DNA of 64,000 bases, from positions 896,001 through 960,000 of the forward strand of contig CBDCJV010000002.1 of the NCBI GenBank assembly GCA_965217895.1, in the 5' to 3' direction. The notes beneath the pieces are model-generated. The model made no database searches. It was not told the origin of the DNA and saw only the letters and a program-made list of their open reading frames with translations. The translations under genes and the position numbers were made by a program. Positions 18,970-28,722 of the stretch are shown here, in pieces. Numbering within the stretch: the stretch's first letter is position 1; each line of letters opens with the position of its first letter. This stretch comes from Waterburya sp. GTDB lineage: Bacteria > Cyanobacteriota > Cyanobacteriia > Cyanobacteriales > Xenococcaceae.

Positions 18970-19311
18970 ATGAGTCAATTTACTCTCAATTTACTTCAAG
19001 GTGCAGTAATTTTTAACTTTAGCAAAGAATCTGCCCAAGAACTTCAGACAGAAATATCTACCTTAATGCAAAGTTTAAAAGCAGCCTCTAACAGCGTTTC
19101 TAGCAGCGGTAGCCGTCCATCTCCCCAAAAATCTATGGAATACCAATACACAGGAGATGTCTTTCTCGAAATTTTTTGTAACCCTAATATTTACCCTAGC
19201 CCCTTTGCTGCCAAAATTCTGATTACCTTAAGAGATAGTCGTATTCGTTTGACAAGCGAAGCCGAACTAACTCAGCTAATCGAAGATTTAAATCTATATT
19301 TAGAAAGTTAA
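18970..19311 (+). CDS. conserved cyanobacterial hypothetical protein
   Basis: MEYQYTGDVFLEIFCNPNIYPSPFAAK motif. Confidence 0.7.
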   Translation: MSQFTLNLLQGAVIFNFSKESAQELQTEISTLMQSLKAASNSVSSSGSRPSPQKSMEYQYTGDVFLEIFCNPNIYPSPFAAKILITLRDSRIRLTSEAELTQLIEDLNLYLES

Positions 19312-19334
19312 AAAGGCTTGCAGCTTGGAGCTTA

Positions 19335-19466
19335 TATAGTCATTCCAATTAATTTCCTTATGATTAACTGATTTTTAAGTCAGAAGTCAGAAGCCAGAAT
19401 TCAGAAGGCTTATAGAGATTTATTACCGCCTATAAATTCATCTGGTTTCTATTTGAAATGACTATA
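19335..19466. mobile_element. small MITE-like element with heptamer repeats
   Basis: Ends TATAGTCATTCCAATT / ATTTGAAATGACTATA are inverted; internal agtcaga-type repeats. Confidence 0.55.
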
Positions 19467-19488
19467 CTTATAGCACTGACGTTCATAG

Positions 19489-19836
19489 TTAACCACCGCT
19501 TATTTTGGCTTTGTAACCTGATTGCGTCAATAGCTCTAAAAGTTTTTGCTTATGTTCTCCTTGAATTTCTAGACTATTATCTTTGACGGTGCCACCAGTG
19601 CCACATTTGGCTTTTAGCTGTTTCAATAGCTTGCTGAGAGTTTCGGGTTTATGCTGAAACCCAGTGATTATCGTTACCGTTTTGCCTTTTCTGCCCGAAC
19701 GAGTCGCTTGTATTCTAAGATCTTGCTGTTGGGGTGGTAAATCAGGCATTCCTCTTTCTAATGCCTGAGAATTATTAGTATTGCCAAATTCTTGATAAGC
19801 AATAGGTTGACGTTGGGAATTACGTTTAGCAGCCAT
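19489..19836 (-). CDS. translation initiation factor SUI1/YciH
   Basis: GRKGKTVTII.G, LKAKCGTGGTVKD, IQGEH. Confidence 0.92.
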   Translation of the reverse strand: MAAKRNSQRQPIAYQEFGNTNNSQALERGMPDLPPQQQDLRIQATRSGRKGKTVTIITGFQHKPETLSKLLKQLKAKCGTGGTVKDNSLEIQGEHKQKLLELLTQSGYKAKISGG

Positions 19837-20132
19837 TTTAAGTTTCTTTATAATCTTTTTTGTTGCAAATCTCGTTAGTTAATTCATAAAATAACATCCG
19901 ATGGCAGTTAGGACAGTTAAAAATTTTTAGCCTTTCAAGCTTATGCGTCATCTAAATCTGGGAGGAGATGAAGCCATTAACGAATCTCTAGCAATTTTAT
20001 TGCGCCAGTTTACCAGCCGTCACCCAGAAACTCAGACTCTTTCCTTTATATGTGATTTTCGCGCTCTCGATTCAGCAACGCCGATTATTTGCATACAATC
20101 AAAGTTAGAGATTTACATACCTAAGTCAAAGA

Positions 20133-20194
20133 CTAGGCAAAAAATAGGTTGTCACCTTGCCGATGAGAGCAGTGACAACCTATTTTTTGCCTAG
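20133..20194. repeat. perfect 23-bp inverted repeat with 16-nt loop (terminator-like on both strands)
   Basis: CTAGGCAAAAAATAGGTTGTCAC (20133-20155) / GTGACAACCTATTTTTTGCCTAG (20172-20194). Confidence 0.9.
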
Positions 20195-20411
20195 GGCGAA
20201 GAAAAAGTATTTTTAATAAGATGAAATCAAGCAGTAGACAGAGCTGATAAGTATTCGTACTTACCTGACAGAACTTCCTGAAAAGCTCGGAGTAGAGCAT
20301 TATTTCACTGTCTCTGTTGACTTGTCGTGGCAAATAGTCGTCCCTACCAAATTTAATCATCGAACATTATAACTTTTAGCTTGATAAACGTAAACTTATC
20401 AAATATAAACA

Positions 20412-21305
20412 ATGTTGTCCTCCAAACTACGAGATCCTTCTAACTCAAATACTCAGGTGCTTAGACCACAATGGGATTATCGACCTTTTTTGTCTAGTCA
20501 GGGTTTAGACTGGCAAGGTATTCAGTTTGATTATTATCAGCATTATCCATCCGTCTTACCTCAAAATAGCTCACAATATTCACTACAGATTTTTCTCTCT
20601 GAAGGTGATGTGAAGGAGAGTTTGGATGGACAAGAACGAATTGAGCATATTTCTCCTGGTGATGTGACTATTATCCCCGCTGACACTAATTATCATGCCA
20701 GTTTGCAAGACGAAATCGAGTTTATTTTGCTGACGCTTCAACCAAATTTATTTAACGATCTAGGGAAAAACAAACTTGACGGTAACAAGGCGGAAATCTT
20801 GCCCCAGTTTGCTGTAGACGATCCTCTAATCGCTGGTATTGCCATGACCCTGAAAAATCAGCTAGAAAGAGATCGCTCTGCTTGTTCTGACTATGCTCGC
20901 ACTTTAGGTAAAGCGATCGCCGTTCACCTATTCAAGAAATATTCTAAACCATCTACAGCTAATAATAGTAGCTATAAAAATGCAGTTGAAAGAAAATTGC
21001 AGGTTGTACTAGAGTATATCGGGCAAAATCTAGATGAGAAACTCTCTTTAGACTCAATCGCTAAGCAGGTAAACTTGAGTAAATATTATCTGTGTCGCTT
21101 ATTTACTAAATATCTAAACATATCACCCCATCAATATATTATCCAAAAGCGAATCGACAAATCAAAACAGTTACTCAAACAAGAACTATCCCTGCAAATC
21201 GTTGAGATTGCTTTTGACTGTGGTTTTGCCAGTCACAGTCATTTCAATCGCCAGTTCAACAAAAATGTAGGCATGAGTCCTAGAGACTATCGCCATGCTG
21301 CATAG
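20412..21305 (+). CDS. AraC-family transcriptional regulator
   Basis: C-terminal double HTH: LSLDSIAKQVNLSKYYLCRLF...EIAFDCGFASHSHFNRQF...GMSPRDYR. Confidence 0.92.
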   Translation: MLSSKLRDPSNSNTQVLRPQWDYRPFLSSQGLDWQGIQFDYYQHYPSVLPQNSSQYSLQIFLSEGDVKESLDGQERIEHISPGDVTIIPADTNYHASLQDEIEFILLTLQPNLFNDLGKNKLDGNKAEILPQFAVDDPLIAGIAMTLKNQLERDRSACSDYARTLGKAIAVHLFKKYSKPSTANNSSYKNAVERKLQVVLEYIGQNLDEKLSLDSIAKQVNLSKYYLCRLFTKYLNISPHQYIIQKRIDKSKQLLKQELSLQIVEIAFDCGFASHSHFNRQFNKNVGMSPRDYRHAA

Positions 21306-21542
21306 TAGAAAGTAAGAAGTAAAAAATAGGAATTTTTGAACGAGGGCAGAAGGCAGAAGGCAGAAGGACAATTGCAGGGAGATTCAGACTCACTCCTCGA
21401 TTGAACAAAGGCTTTAGCTGCATGCGGGCAAGCTCTTTGCGCCATCTGCCCTAAAACTTCTGTCTTAAGGGCGAAGCCCGATAATAATGTCAAACAGGTT
21501 TATACATGATGCTATACAATGTTCCAAGCAGTTATTACCAAG

Positions 21543-22223
21543 TTAACGGCGATCGCTCATCAAGCCTAACATCGGACCTAAAATAGCTCCGAAAATAAAA
21601 CCCCCAGCGTGCGCCCAATATGCTACTCCAGTAGTCTCTGGTATCCCCAGAGAAGCAACGCTACTAATTGCCTGTTGTACAAACCAAAACCCCAGGAAAA
21701 AAACAGCAGGGATACGTACCGTAGTCCAAATAATAAATAAAGGCAGAAGAGTTACAATTTTTGCCTTGGGATATTTTACCAGATACGCTCCCATAACCCC
21801 CGCGATCGCACCGCTTGCACCAACGGTAGGCGCAGCAGACTGCATCCCAAAAAACCAATGAGTTAACCCCGCTAAAACACCACAAAGTAAATAAAAGAAA
21901 AGAAATTTAACGTGACCGAGATCGTGTTCGATATTATCGCCAAATGTCCATAAAAACAGCATATTTCCCGCAATGTGCATAAAACCTCCATGTAAAAATT
22001 GGGAGGTTATTAGGGTAGCTAGTTCTGGGACAGGCTGATCGGGGGGTGTGCCATTAAAGCTAGCACTCAACTGCTGGGGAATGACGGCATAAAGCTGAAA
22101 AAAGCCGTCTAAACCTGAACCCAAAGACATTTCGTGGAGAAAAACTATGACATTGATAGCTATCAAGGCATAAACTACAATTGGAGTGCTGTAGGTAGGA
22201 TTCTCATCATTAATTGGAATCAT
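21543..22223 (-). CDS. rhomboid intramembrane serine protease
   Basis: FLHGG..HIAGNM, VGASGAI, AYWAHAGGF. Confidence 0.93.
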   Translation of the reverse strand: MIPINDENPTYSTPIVVYALIAINVIVFLHEMSLGSGLDGFFQLYAVIPQQLSASFNGTPPDQPVPELATLITSQFLHGGFMHIAGNMLFLWTFGDNIEHDLGHVKFLFFYLLCGVLAGLTHWFFGMQSAAPTVGASGAIAGVMGAYLVKYPKAKIVTLLPLFIIWTTVRIPAVFFLGFWFVQQAISSVASLGIPETTGVAYWAHAGGFIFGAILGPMLGLMSDRR

Positions 22224-22238
22224 ACTAAATCTTTAAAG

Positions 22239-22436
22239 TTAACTAATTCCTAACATAGCTTCTAAAGTCAGATATAGCAGAGAAAAAGTACCGATTAAAA
22301 AACCGACTAGAGCGATCGCGGTTACAGGGTTTTTCAAAAAAGGCTTTAATTGCTGAAAGAAAAACCAAAAAATTCCCAGGCTAATGCTGATTAAGTAGCG
22401 GGGATAGCGAGAAACGTTTTGAAAGAAATCTTGCAT
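22239..22436 (-). CDS. DUF751-family small membrane protein
   Basis: FFQNVSRYPRYLIS...LTLEAMLG. Confidence 0.8.
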   Translation of the reverse strand: MQDFFQNVSRYPRYLISISLGIFWFFFQQLKPFLKNPVTAIALVGFLIGTFSLLYLTLEAMLGIS

Positions 22437-22550
22437 TGTATTATTGTAAAAATATAAAATTTTTTATTTTAGCTTGCCTTTATTATCAAACATAAAGCGA
22501 TCGACATTCAATATTCCGTCTCAGACTTTACCTAGCTGAGAAGCTGGTAG

Positions 22551-24197
22551 TTACTTTTGACGATTAATATCTTTAAAAGTGCTGCCAATTCCTTGAATGA
22601 TGCCTTTACCTATTAATCCTAATCCTTTGCCAATCACCTGAGTTAAGACAAAAACTACGCCACTACCAGTCAGAGAGATAAATTTTCTGGCTAACGGAGC
22701 GATCGCATCGCGAATTTCAATGACGATGGTAGTTAACCAAGGAACTCCCGATAATTGTTCTAATTCAATTTTGCGGGGAGCATAAAGATATAAAGTTCTG
22801 ATACCATTACTCAAGATAAAGAGGCGATGGCGACTTTCAAAAATGTTTTGCGGATGTTCAAAATACTTTTCCTGACGATATCTCCAGGATAGCTGGTTGC
22901 GAAAGCGAGCTAACTGGCGATCGCTTTTGTACTCTAATTTATATAGTTGATATTTAAAATTTTCTAGGTCATAAAAATTATTTAGCATTACCTGCATGAC
23001 ACCGTTAGCCAAGTGAATAATTAAATTGTGCAGTAAAAATTCTATATGCGCGATGGATTCAGCAGCATCAGACTGATAAATTACATTATCGATAGTTAAC
23101 CCTGGTTGGCCAAGTAAATAGGCAAAAAGCTCTGGGATACCATAGATATAGTTGAAAATATTTTGCTTAACTACCGTAAATTCTTGCTCGATTAAATTAC
23201 TTAACTGCTGTTCTTCTTCTAGAGTTAATTGACCATAATATTGCACGAAGAAAGCTTTTATACTCCATAACCAAATGTCTTGTAAATAATCTAGATAATT
23301 TTGTTCTAAAGTATTAGCGATGGGAATTTGGGTAACTGTATCGCCGAGACGTTTTAAAATTAAATGGCATAAACTTTTTTGAATTTCTGGCTGAAGAATA
23401 TCAATTTCTAAAGGTATATTGGTTCGATTACCTAAGCCTAGCTGGATATCGATGACAACTCGCTCAAAAATTGTTTTGTTGGCAGAATCTGCAAAAACAG
23501 GCAAAGGAGTTAACTCTGTGGGAGTAGAAAGAACTAGCTTTCCCTCTGCTGCTTCATCGGGGATATCTTCGCTTAAGACAATTTCTTCTGCCACTAAACG
23601 ATTAGATAGCCAACGAGCCGTTAATAATTCTCGTTTACGACCAATTAAAAATACCCGATCCCAGTCCGATAAATTAGGATTGCTTAAGCGATCGTCAATC
23701 TCTCTGAGAGTCTCTTCAAGCTCTATTCTGCCAGACTGACTAAAGCGAGATAAAGCAGTTTGCCAGAGTTTGGGGCGACTTTTGCGGTTATTTTGCCAAT
23801 AAGTATTGCCATAGGCAACGGTATGTAATCCCTCAATAATAGTATTAATACTAGAACTGCGATCGCAGTAACCCTTGATACCCAAAGACTTAATCTTAGC
23901 TAGCCTTTTCGGGGTAAAATCAAAAGTTAGAAGAAACAAGGGTAAGCGAGGATATAGCTGTCTTACCTGTTGACAAAATTCTAAACTAGAGGTTTGGGAA
24001 GTGGAGTCATGGAAACCAATACCCACAACCAAGACATTAAGCACCAAGCCTTGAGTCAACTCTCGCCAGGTGTCATTACTCATGTCTCCCTCGCCCACAA
24101 TGGCAAAGTTGGGATATTGGGCAATGGCAGTACGTAAACCCAGGCGAAATATGGAATCGCGATCGACAATAAACAGTTTAATCTTGTCTGGGGTCAT
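22551..24197 (-). CDS. DUF3685 (Ycf55-like) protein with N-terminal receiver-like domain
   Basis: IVDRDSIFRLGL; IDILQPE; LARFRNQLSW; YAPRKIELEQL; VFVLTQVIGKGLGLIGKGI. Confidence 0.8.
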   Translation of the reverse strand: MTPDKIKLFIVDRDSIFRLGLRTAIAQYPNFAIVGEGDMSNDTWRELTQGLVLNVLVVGIGFHDSTSQTSSLEFCQQVRQLYPRLPLFLLTFDFTPKRLAKIKSLGIKGYCDRSSSINTIIEGLHTVAYGNTYWQNNRKSRPKLWQTALSRFSQSGRIELEETLREIDDRLSNPNLSDWDRVFLIGRKRELLTARWLSNRLVAEEIVLSEDIPDEAAEGKLVLSTPTELTPLPVFADSANKTIFERVVIDIQLGLGNRTNIPLEIDILQPEIQKSLCHLILKRLGDTVTQIPIANTLEQNYLDYLQDIWLWSIKAFFVQYYGQLTLEEEQQLSNLIEQEFTVVKQNIFNYIYGIPELFAYLLGQPGLTIDNVIYQSDAAESIAHIEFLLHNLIIHLANGVMQVMLNNFYDLENFKYQLYKLEYKSDRQLARFRNQLSWRYRQEKYFEHPQNIFESRHRLFILSNGIRTLYLYAPRKIELEQLSGVPWLTTIVIEIRDAIAPLARKFISLTGSGVVFVLTQVIGKGLGLIGKGIIQGIGSTFKDINRQK

Positions 24198-24413
24198 TTC
24201 TATCCGCCCTCGGTGCGGTTTCTTTGATGCAGCTTGACAGTCTGTCGTCTAGCTTGGCAATAACAATCAATTATATTGCTCAACGAGTATCAAACTAGGA
24301 GTACGAGGTATAATAGTCACTTCTTCAGTATTAGTCATAATAGTTTTGAAATTTTAAACTGATGATTATTTGTTAATTTATAGCCTTTTATTTACCCATA
24401 GCTGATAAATATT

Positions 24414-26246
24414 GTGTCTGAATCACTAAGCGATCGCTATTTTGCCCTTATCGACCAAATCGTCGAGCTTACTCTCCAGGGAAAAATTAGCTCTTTGGAG
24501 CGAGTTTACAAAATCTTAGTAGAGCAAGTAGACGCTGGTACAGGAGAAATATTAGAACGCTGTCTTAATCAACGGATTGAGGCCACTGAGGCACAATTAG
24601 ACACTAAACTAAAGGCAGCACGGGTATTAAGAGCATTACAAACCATTGAAAAGCAGTGGTTACGTTGGCAATCAGAAAATCAAGATAGTGCCGAAATTGA
24701 CGAGACGGCACAAGATATTTTAGCTGCCGATCCTGATGATTACTTTTTAGCAATGATAGATGCGATCGATCTCAATCAAGATCGACCTTTAAACATCGAT
24801 CAACTACATAAATTAGCAGCAAGTTTGAAAGCTGCTGCTGATGGGCAGGAGAATGCCGAAATAGCTCAGTCATGGCAGCAGCTAGCTACAGGTATTACAA
24901 GCGGTTTAAAATCTTTTACCGCTTTGGAAGGAGATTTAGTTAGCTGGATGTATAGTTCGGCAAGTAACTTTGCGGGATTTGGCAGCGAAAAACCAAATCC
25001 TTGGCGTATTTGGGCGCAAAAAGTCCCTAGTCCTTTACCCAAGCAGCTATTTCAAACCCTAGCGCAACAACAGTCGGCGATCGCTTTTGCCAGAGTTGCC
25101 AGTAATTTAGAGCTGCAAGCCTGGGTAGAATTGGCAATTTTATTGCAGTATCTCCAGCGAGGTTTAGTAACCTGGTTCGATCGGCAGCCCTATAATTCTA
25201 AGTTTGGCAAGGAGTTATCCAATAGCACTTTTCTGACTTTTGCCTATATTTGGTGTGAACTGTGGCAGGTATTTATCGATAGCAAGCCTGCCTTAGCCGA
25301 TGGATGCTTTTTGGCAATGCTACAAATTTTGCGTACTTTTGCCCAACGCCCAGACTTCCCTCTTTATAGCGGGGTGTTTGCTTCCTTTTCTGGGGACTAT
25401 TTACAAGATACTTTAGATTATTTTGACGAACCCCTCAAGCAGGTGGAGGGAACAGAAGAAAAAGCGCGTATTCTCACCTTACTGGGCTATTCCCAACGAA
25501 CAATTGGCGCATACGATAAAGCCGTCGATTTTCATCAAGAGGCTCTAGAGATTGCTATTGATGCCAATGATTATGCCTGTGAGATCGCTAATCTCAACCA
25601 TCTTAGCCGTACTAGCGTTAACTTAAAAAAATATAGTGAGGCAATTAACTATAGCCAAAGAGCTTTAATTGCAGCTAGACAGGTAGGAGATAAGCTAGGG
25701 GAAGCCAACGCTTCGGTTAACTTAGGGTATGCCCAGGTATTTGCAGCCCGACAGTTGGATAATATGGCACCTGAAGGCTATAGCGAAGCCATTCGTTATT
25801 TAGAGCAAGGAGTGGAATTAGCCAAAAAACAGGGTGATTTACAAAGCCAATCCTTTGGCTGTAGTAGTTTGGGTATTGCCTACGTTATTTTAGAACAGCC
25901 TACAGCAGCGATCGCATCTTTGACCAAAGGAGCTGAATTGGCACAGTATTCTAGGGATGTCTATCTTCAAGGATTAAGCTTTTCTTATCTGGCAGAGGCT
26001 CATTACAGTATTGAAAATATCCCTACCGCGATCGCCTTTGGCAGTCTGGGAATGTATCTGCTTAATCAGATCAACTCGGTAGAGTGGCGACAGGTGGCAG
26101 GTTTGATGTCAATTATCCAAGGACAATTGGGCGAGTCAGACTTTACGACTATTCTGGGGCAACAGCGATCGCAAATTATTGGCTTGATTGGCGTAGACGG
26201 CTATGATTATCTGCCTAAATTGTTGACAGAATATAAGCAAAATTAA
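24414..26246 (+). CDS. tetratricopeptide repeat protein
   Basis: C-terminal TPR-like repeats (KAVDFHQEALEIA, EAINYSQRALIAAR). Confidence 0.8.
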   Translation: MSESLSDRYFALIDQIVELTLQGKISSLERVYKILVEQVDAGTGEILERCLNQRIEATEAQLDTKLKAARVLRALQTIEKQWLRWQSENQDSAEIDETAQDILAADPDDYFLAMIDAIDLNQDRPLNIDQLHKLAASLKAAADGQENAEIAQSWQQLATGITSGLKSFTALEGDLVSWMYSSASNFAGFGSEKPNPWRIWAQKVPSPLPKQLFQTLAQQQSAIAFARVASNLELQAWVELAILLQYLQRGLVTWFDRQPYNSKFGKELSNSTFLTFAYIWCELWQVFIDSKPALADGCFLAMLQILRTFAQRPDFPLYSGVFASFSGDYLQDTLDYFDEPLKQVEGTEEKARILTLLGYSQRTIGAYDKAVDFHQEALEIAIDANDYACEIANLNHLSRTSVNLKKYSEAINYSQRALIAARQVGDKLGEANASVNLGYAQVFAARQLDNMAPEGYSEAIRYLEQGVELAKKQGDLQSQSFGCSSLGIAYVILEQPTAAIASLTKGAELAQYSRDVYLQGLSFSYLAEAHYSIENIPTAIAFGSLGMYLLNQINSVEWRQVAGLMSIIQGQLGESDFTTILGQQRSQIIGLIGVDGYDYLPKLLTEYKQN

Positions 26247-26262
26247 GTAACGTGAGTTCGGG

Positions 26263-27187
26263 TTAAGCAGAAGCAGATAAAACGAAGTCATCAATGGCAA
26301 TAGACGGTTTTTTAGAGCGATGGCGAGCTTGCAACTAAGCCAGCCAGCAAATTAACGACAAAGTTAGTAGGTGAACGATGACGAGAGTGTTCGATCTGGC
26401 TGATATGCTTTAACTGTTCAATCACAGATTCAACGATTGCTCTTTTTCGTAATAGTTGTTTGTCCAGCATCGTCATCAATCGATTGTTCATATTCTTCTT
26501 GAATTTAGTCACTAGTATGACGTTAGAAGCTCTCAGGTCGCGCGCTAAAGGTGCAGAAATGTAACCTTTGTCGCCAAAAAACTGACCAAACTGCCCTTGA
26601 AGTAATTCTTTAACAGGTTTACGGTCGTCAATATTTCCTTTTGTTAAAGCTACATTTAATAATTCTCCTTTGTGATTGATTGCCAAATGAAGTTTGAAAC
26701 CATAAAACCAATCTACGGATGTTTTTCCTCTTTCAGCGATTGCTTGAAAAACTCGATGCTGTTTAATACGTCGATTGTGACAGACTTTTAGACTCGTTGA
26801 ATCAATAAATCCGATTCCCGTACTTGCTCCTAAACGGGAGCGAAGATATGCCATTAAAGGAATTAGAGTGCTTGGTTGCCATTCGACAAAACGGTTATAA
26901 CTGACTAAGTTTGGGAAAGCCTCGCGCCAATAGAAGCTAACAATTTCTAGGTAAAATGTCTTGAAAGTTTTGTAGGCAGACAAATGAAATGCTATTTCTA
27001 TAGTCAACGCGGTGGTTGGACAAGCTGCTTACGAAGCAGCGTCCCCCACCGCCATAATTTCACTCAAACTTAATCGGCGATTACGAAGACGACGTTTTCC
27101 CTGTGTCAATAGCTGCTGCTTCCAGCCAAGCTCAAAATTAGAGCAAAAATCGTCAACAGAACAAAATAATTCTTCTAAACTGAACAT
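26263..27187 (-). pseudogene. IS982 transposase pseudogene
   Basis: ATG 27187 MFSLEELFCSVDDFC...LSLSEIM, then a 48-nt insert with in-frame TAA, resuming TIEIAFH...FIDST...WFYGFKLH...FGDKGY...RAIVESV; +1 frameshift near 26330 before KKPSIAIDD. Confidence 0.88.
27005..27052 (+). mobile_element. 48-nt CAAC+hairpin micro-element inserted in the IS982 transposase
   Basis: CAAC GCGGTGG TT GGAC AA GCTGCTT ACG AAGCAGC GTCC C CCACCGC; removal restores ...SEIMTIEIAF. Confidence 0.85.
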
Positions 27188-27264
27188 AGGGCAGGTTTAC
27201 TGAATTTGTCGTTATTTTCAGCTTACTACCTGTCCCTTCTCTTATCCCGAACTCACGTTAAGTA

Positions 27265-27732
27265 ACGCCTAATGTGAATTGACTTTTTGACTATCAGCTT
27301 ATAAGAAGTCCAATATTTTTTGAGAACCTAACCCAAGCAAATTAAATTTTTTATCTAGATAATTAGAAATTAGCTAATGAGTGAAATCATGGTTAATTTT
27401 TACGGAAGACGGCACTTAAAGGGGCGAATACATTCGCCCCACGTTGCCTCGGCTTTGGGGAGGGTCGTCACGTCCCCAACAGGCGAGCGACCCCTAAAGG
27501 GTTCGACAGTTTGCTTATGCCGGTGAAACCTTTCAACACTTTGCTCAACGGGTCATAGACCCGCAACGCAAGTGTCTCACCACCGCAACTGTCTCACCGC
27601 GTCGCCGTCAGGCGCAAGGGAACGCGCGAGATTGGGGTCTGGGGGAAAGTTCCCCCAGTATTACATTTCGGTTTTGACAGACAAATTTTGGATAGGAATA
27701 AAAAATCAGCTTTTTTAATTCACATTAGACGT
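27265..27732. mobile_element. MITE with ACG..TGTGAATT TIRs carrying nested short palindromic repeats
   Basis: ACGCCTAATGTGAATT / AATTCACATTAGACGT; 5-bp DR AAGTA; GC-rich hairpin cluster at 27418-27660. Confidence 0.8.
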
Positions 27733-27749
27733 AAGTAGGAAAATTTCAC

Positions 27750-28025
27750 CTAATCTTCCCTGATCCAAAGTATTCTCAACGCCATAGTTGCAAAGCCGAT
27801 CGCAGCCAGGGATTTCAAAAGCTTTTCTGGTAAGAATTGCGCTACCGCACCACCAGCCAAAACGCCGATAAAACTGGCTAAAATCAGGGCGATAGTTGAA
27901 CCAACAAATACGGCGCGGGGGTTATTTGAACTTCCACCAAGGGCGATCGCAGCAAGCTGGCTTTTATCACCAATTTCCGCTAGAAATACTGTCACAAAGC
28001 TGATTCCAATTAGTTGCCAATCCAT
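27750..28025 (-). CDS. TMEM165/GDT1 (UPF0016) single-domain protein
   Basis: FLAEIGDKSQL motif. Confidence 0.88.
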   Translation of the reverse strand: MDWQLIGISFVTVFLAEIGDKSQLAAIALGGSSNNPRAVFVGSTIALILASFIGVLAGGAVAQFLPEKLLKSLAAIGFATMALRILWIRED

Positions 28026-28051
28026 ATTTCATTTAACATTTAACATTTAAA

Positions 28052-28426
28052 CTACAGATTAATAATGTCGCTAATTAACAAGGCGGTAATGATCAGCAAT
28101 AAGATAGCTACAGAAAAATCAAGGGTTTCGGGAGTAAGTTTTTTTGATAGCCAATAGCCAATCGAAACCCCAATCAAACTAGTCGCAATCAAAGCTAAAG
28201 CTGCACCTGTAAAAACTACCCAAGGTGCTTGAGATTCAGCACTCATTAACAGGGTAACTATTTGAGTTTTATCACCCATTTCGGCTAGAAAAATCGTGAT
28301 AAAAGTAGAGCTAAAAACCACCCAAAAGTTATTTTGTTTTTGCTGTTGAGATGCCGGTACTTTGGTAATTGTTTCTAGAGATTGGCGATCGCTATCCATT
28401 AATTTCTTCGATCCAAGTTGAGACAT
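28052..28426 (-). CDS. TMEM165/GDT1 (UPF0016) single-domain protein
   Basis: FLAEMGDKTQI motif. Confidence 0.88.
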   Translation of the reverse strand: MSQLGSKKLMDSDRQSLETITKVPASQQQKQNNFWVVFSSTFITIFLAEMGDKTQIVTLLMSAESQAPWVVFTGAALALIATSLIGVSIGYWLSKKLTPETLDFSVAILLLIITALLISDIINL

Positions 28427-28722
28427 ATCCTCAACGTCTTAATTAAATAATTAATTGAGTCTTTGCTATTGTCGCAAAGTTTGTCTGAAACTCCAACCAT
28501 TACCTAAACTAAAAAAGATGTTCCCAGCGCGATAAACTAAACGTTGGGTGATTTCTTAGAACGATAGTACCTGGTAAGGTGGGCAATAATAAGATTCAAA
28601 CAAATAACAAATTTTAAAAATACTCTTGCCCACCCTACTATTATTGGTATTTTTTTAATGGAAATGATGTTAGAACAATTAGCCTCGTCGAAGTTGTCTA
28701 TTGTTAATTATTAATTGTTTTT

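Larger units (their letters stand above)
26250..27258 (-). mobile_element. IS982-family insertion sequence (inactivated)
   Basis: TIRs ACGTGAGTTCGGGTTAAG / CTTATCCCGAACTCACGT; 6-bp direct repeat TAAGTA (26244-26249, 27259-27264). Confidence 0.92.

Noticed and set aside
19943..20360. Two opposing ORFs ending in similar peptides (RQKIGCH...DNLFFA)
   Set aside because: The similarity is just translation of the 23-bp inverted repeat; no coding support
21343..21368. Short tandem repeats (ggcagaa; also aagtaag and ctgacct at 44036-44105) as possible CRISPR
   Set aside because: Heptamer STRR-type repeats without spacers; no CRISPR array or cas gene seen in the window
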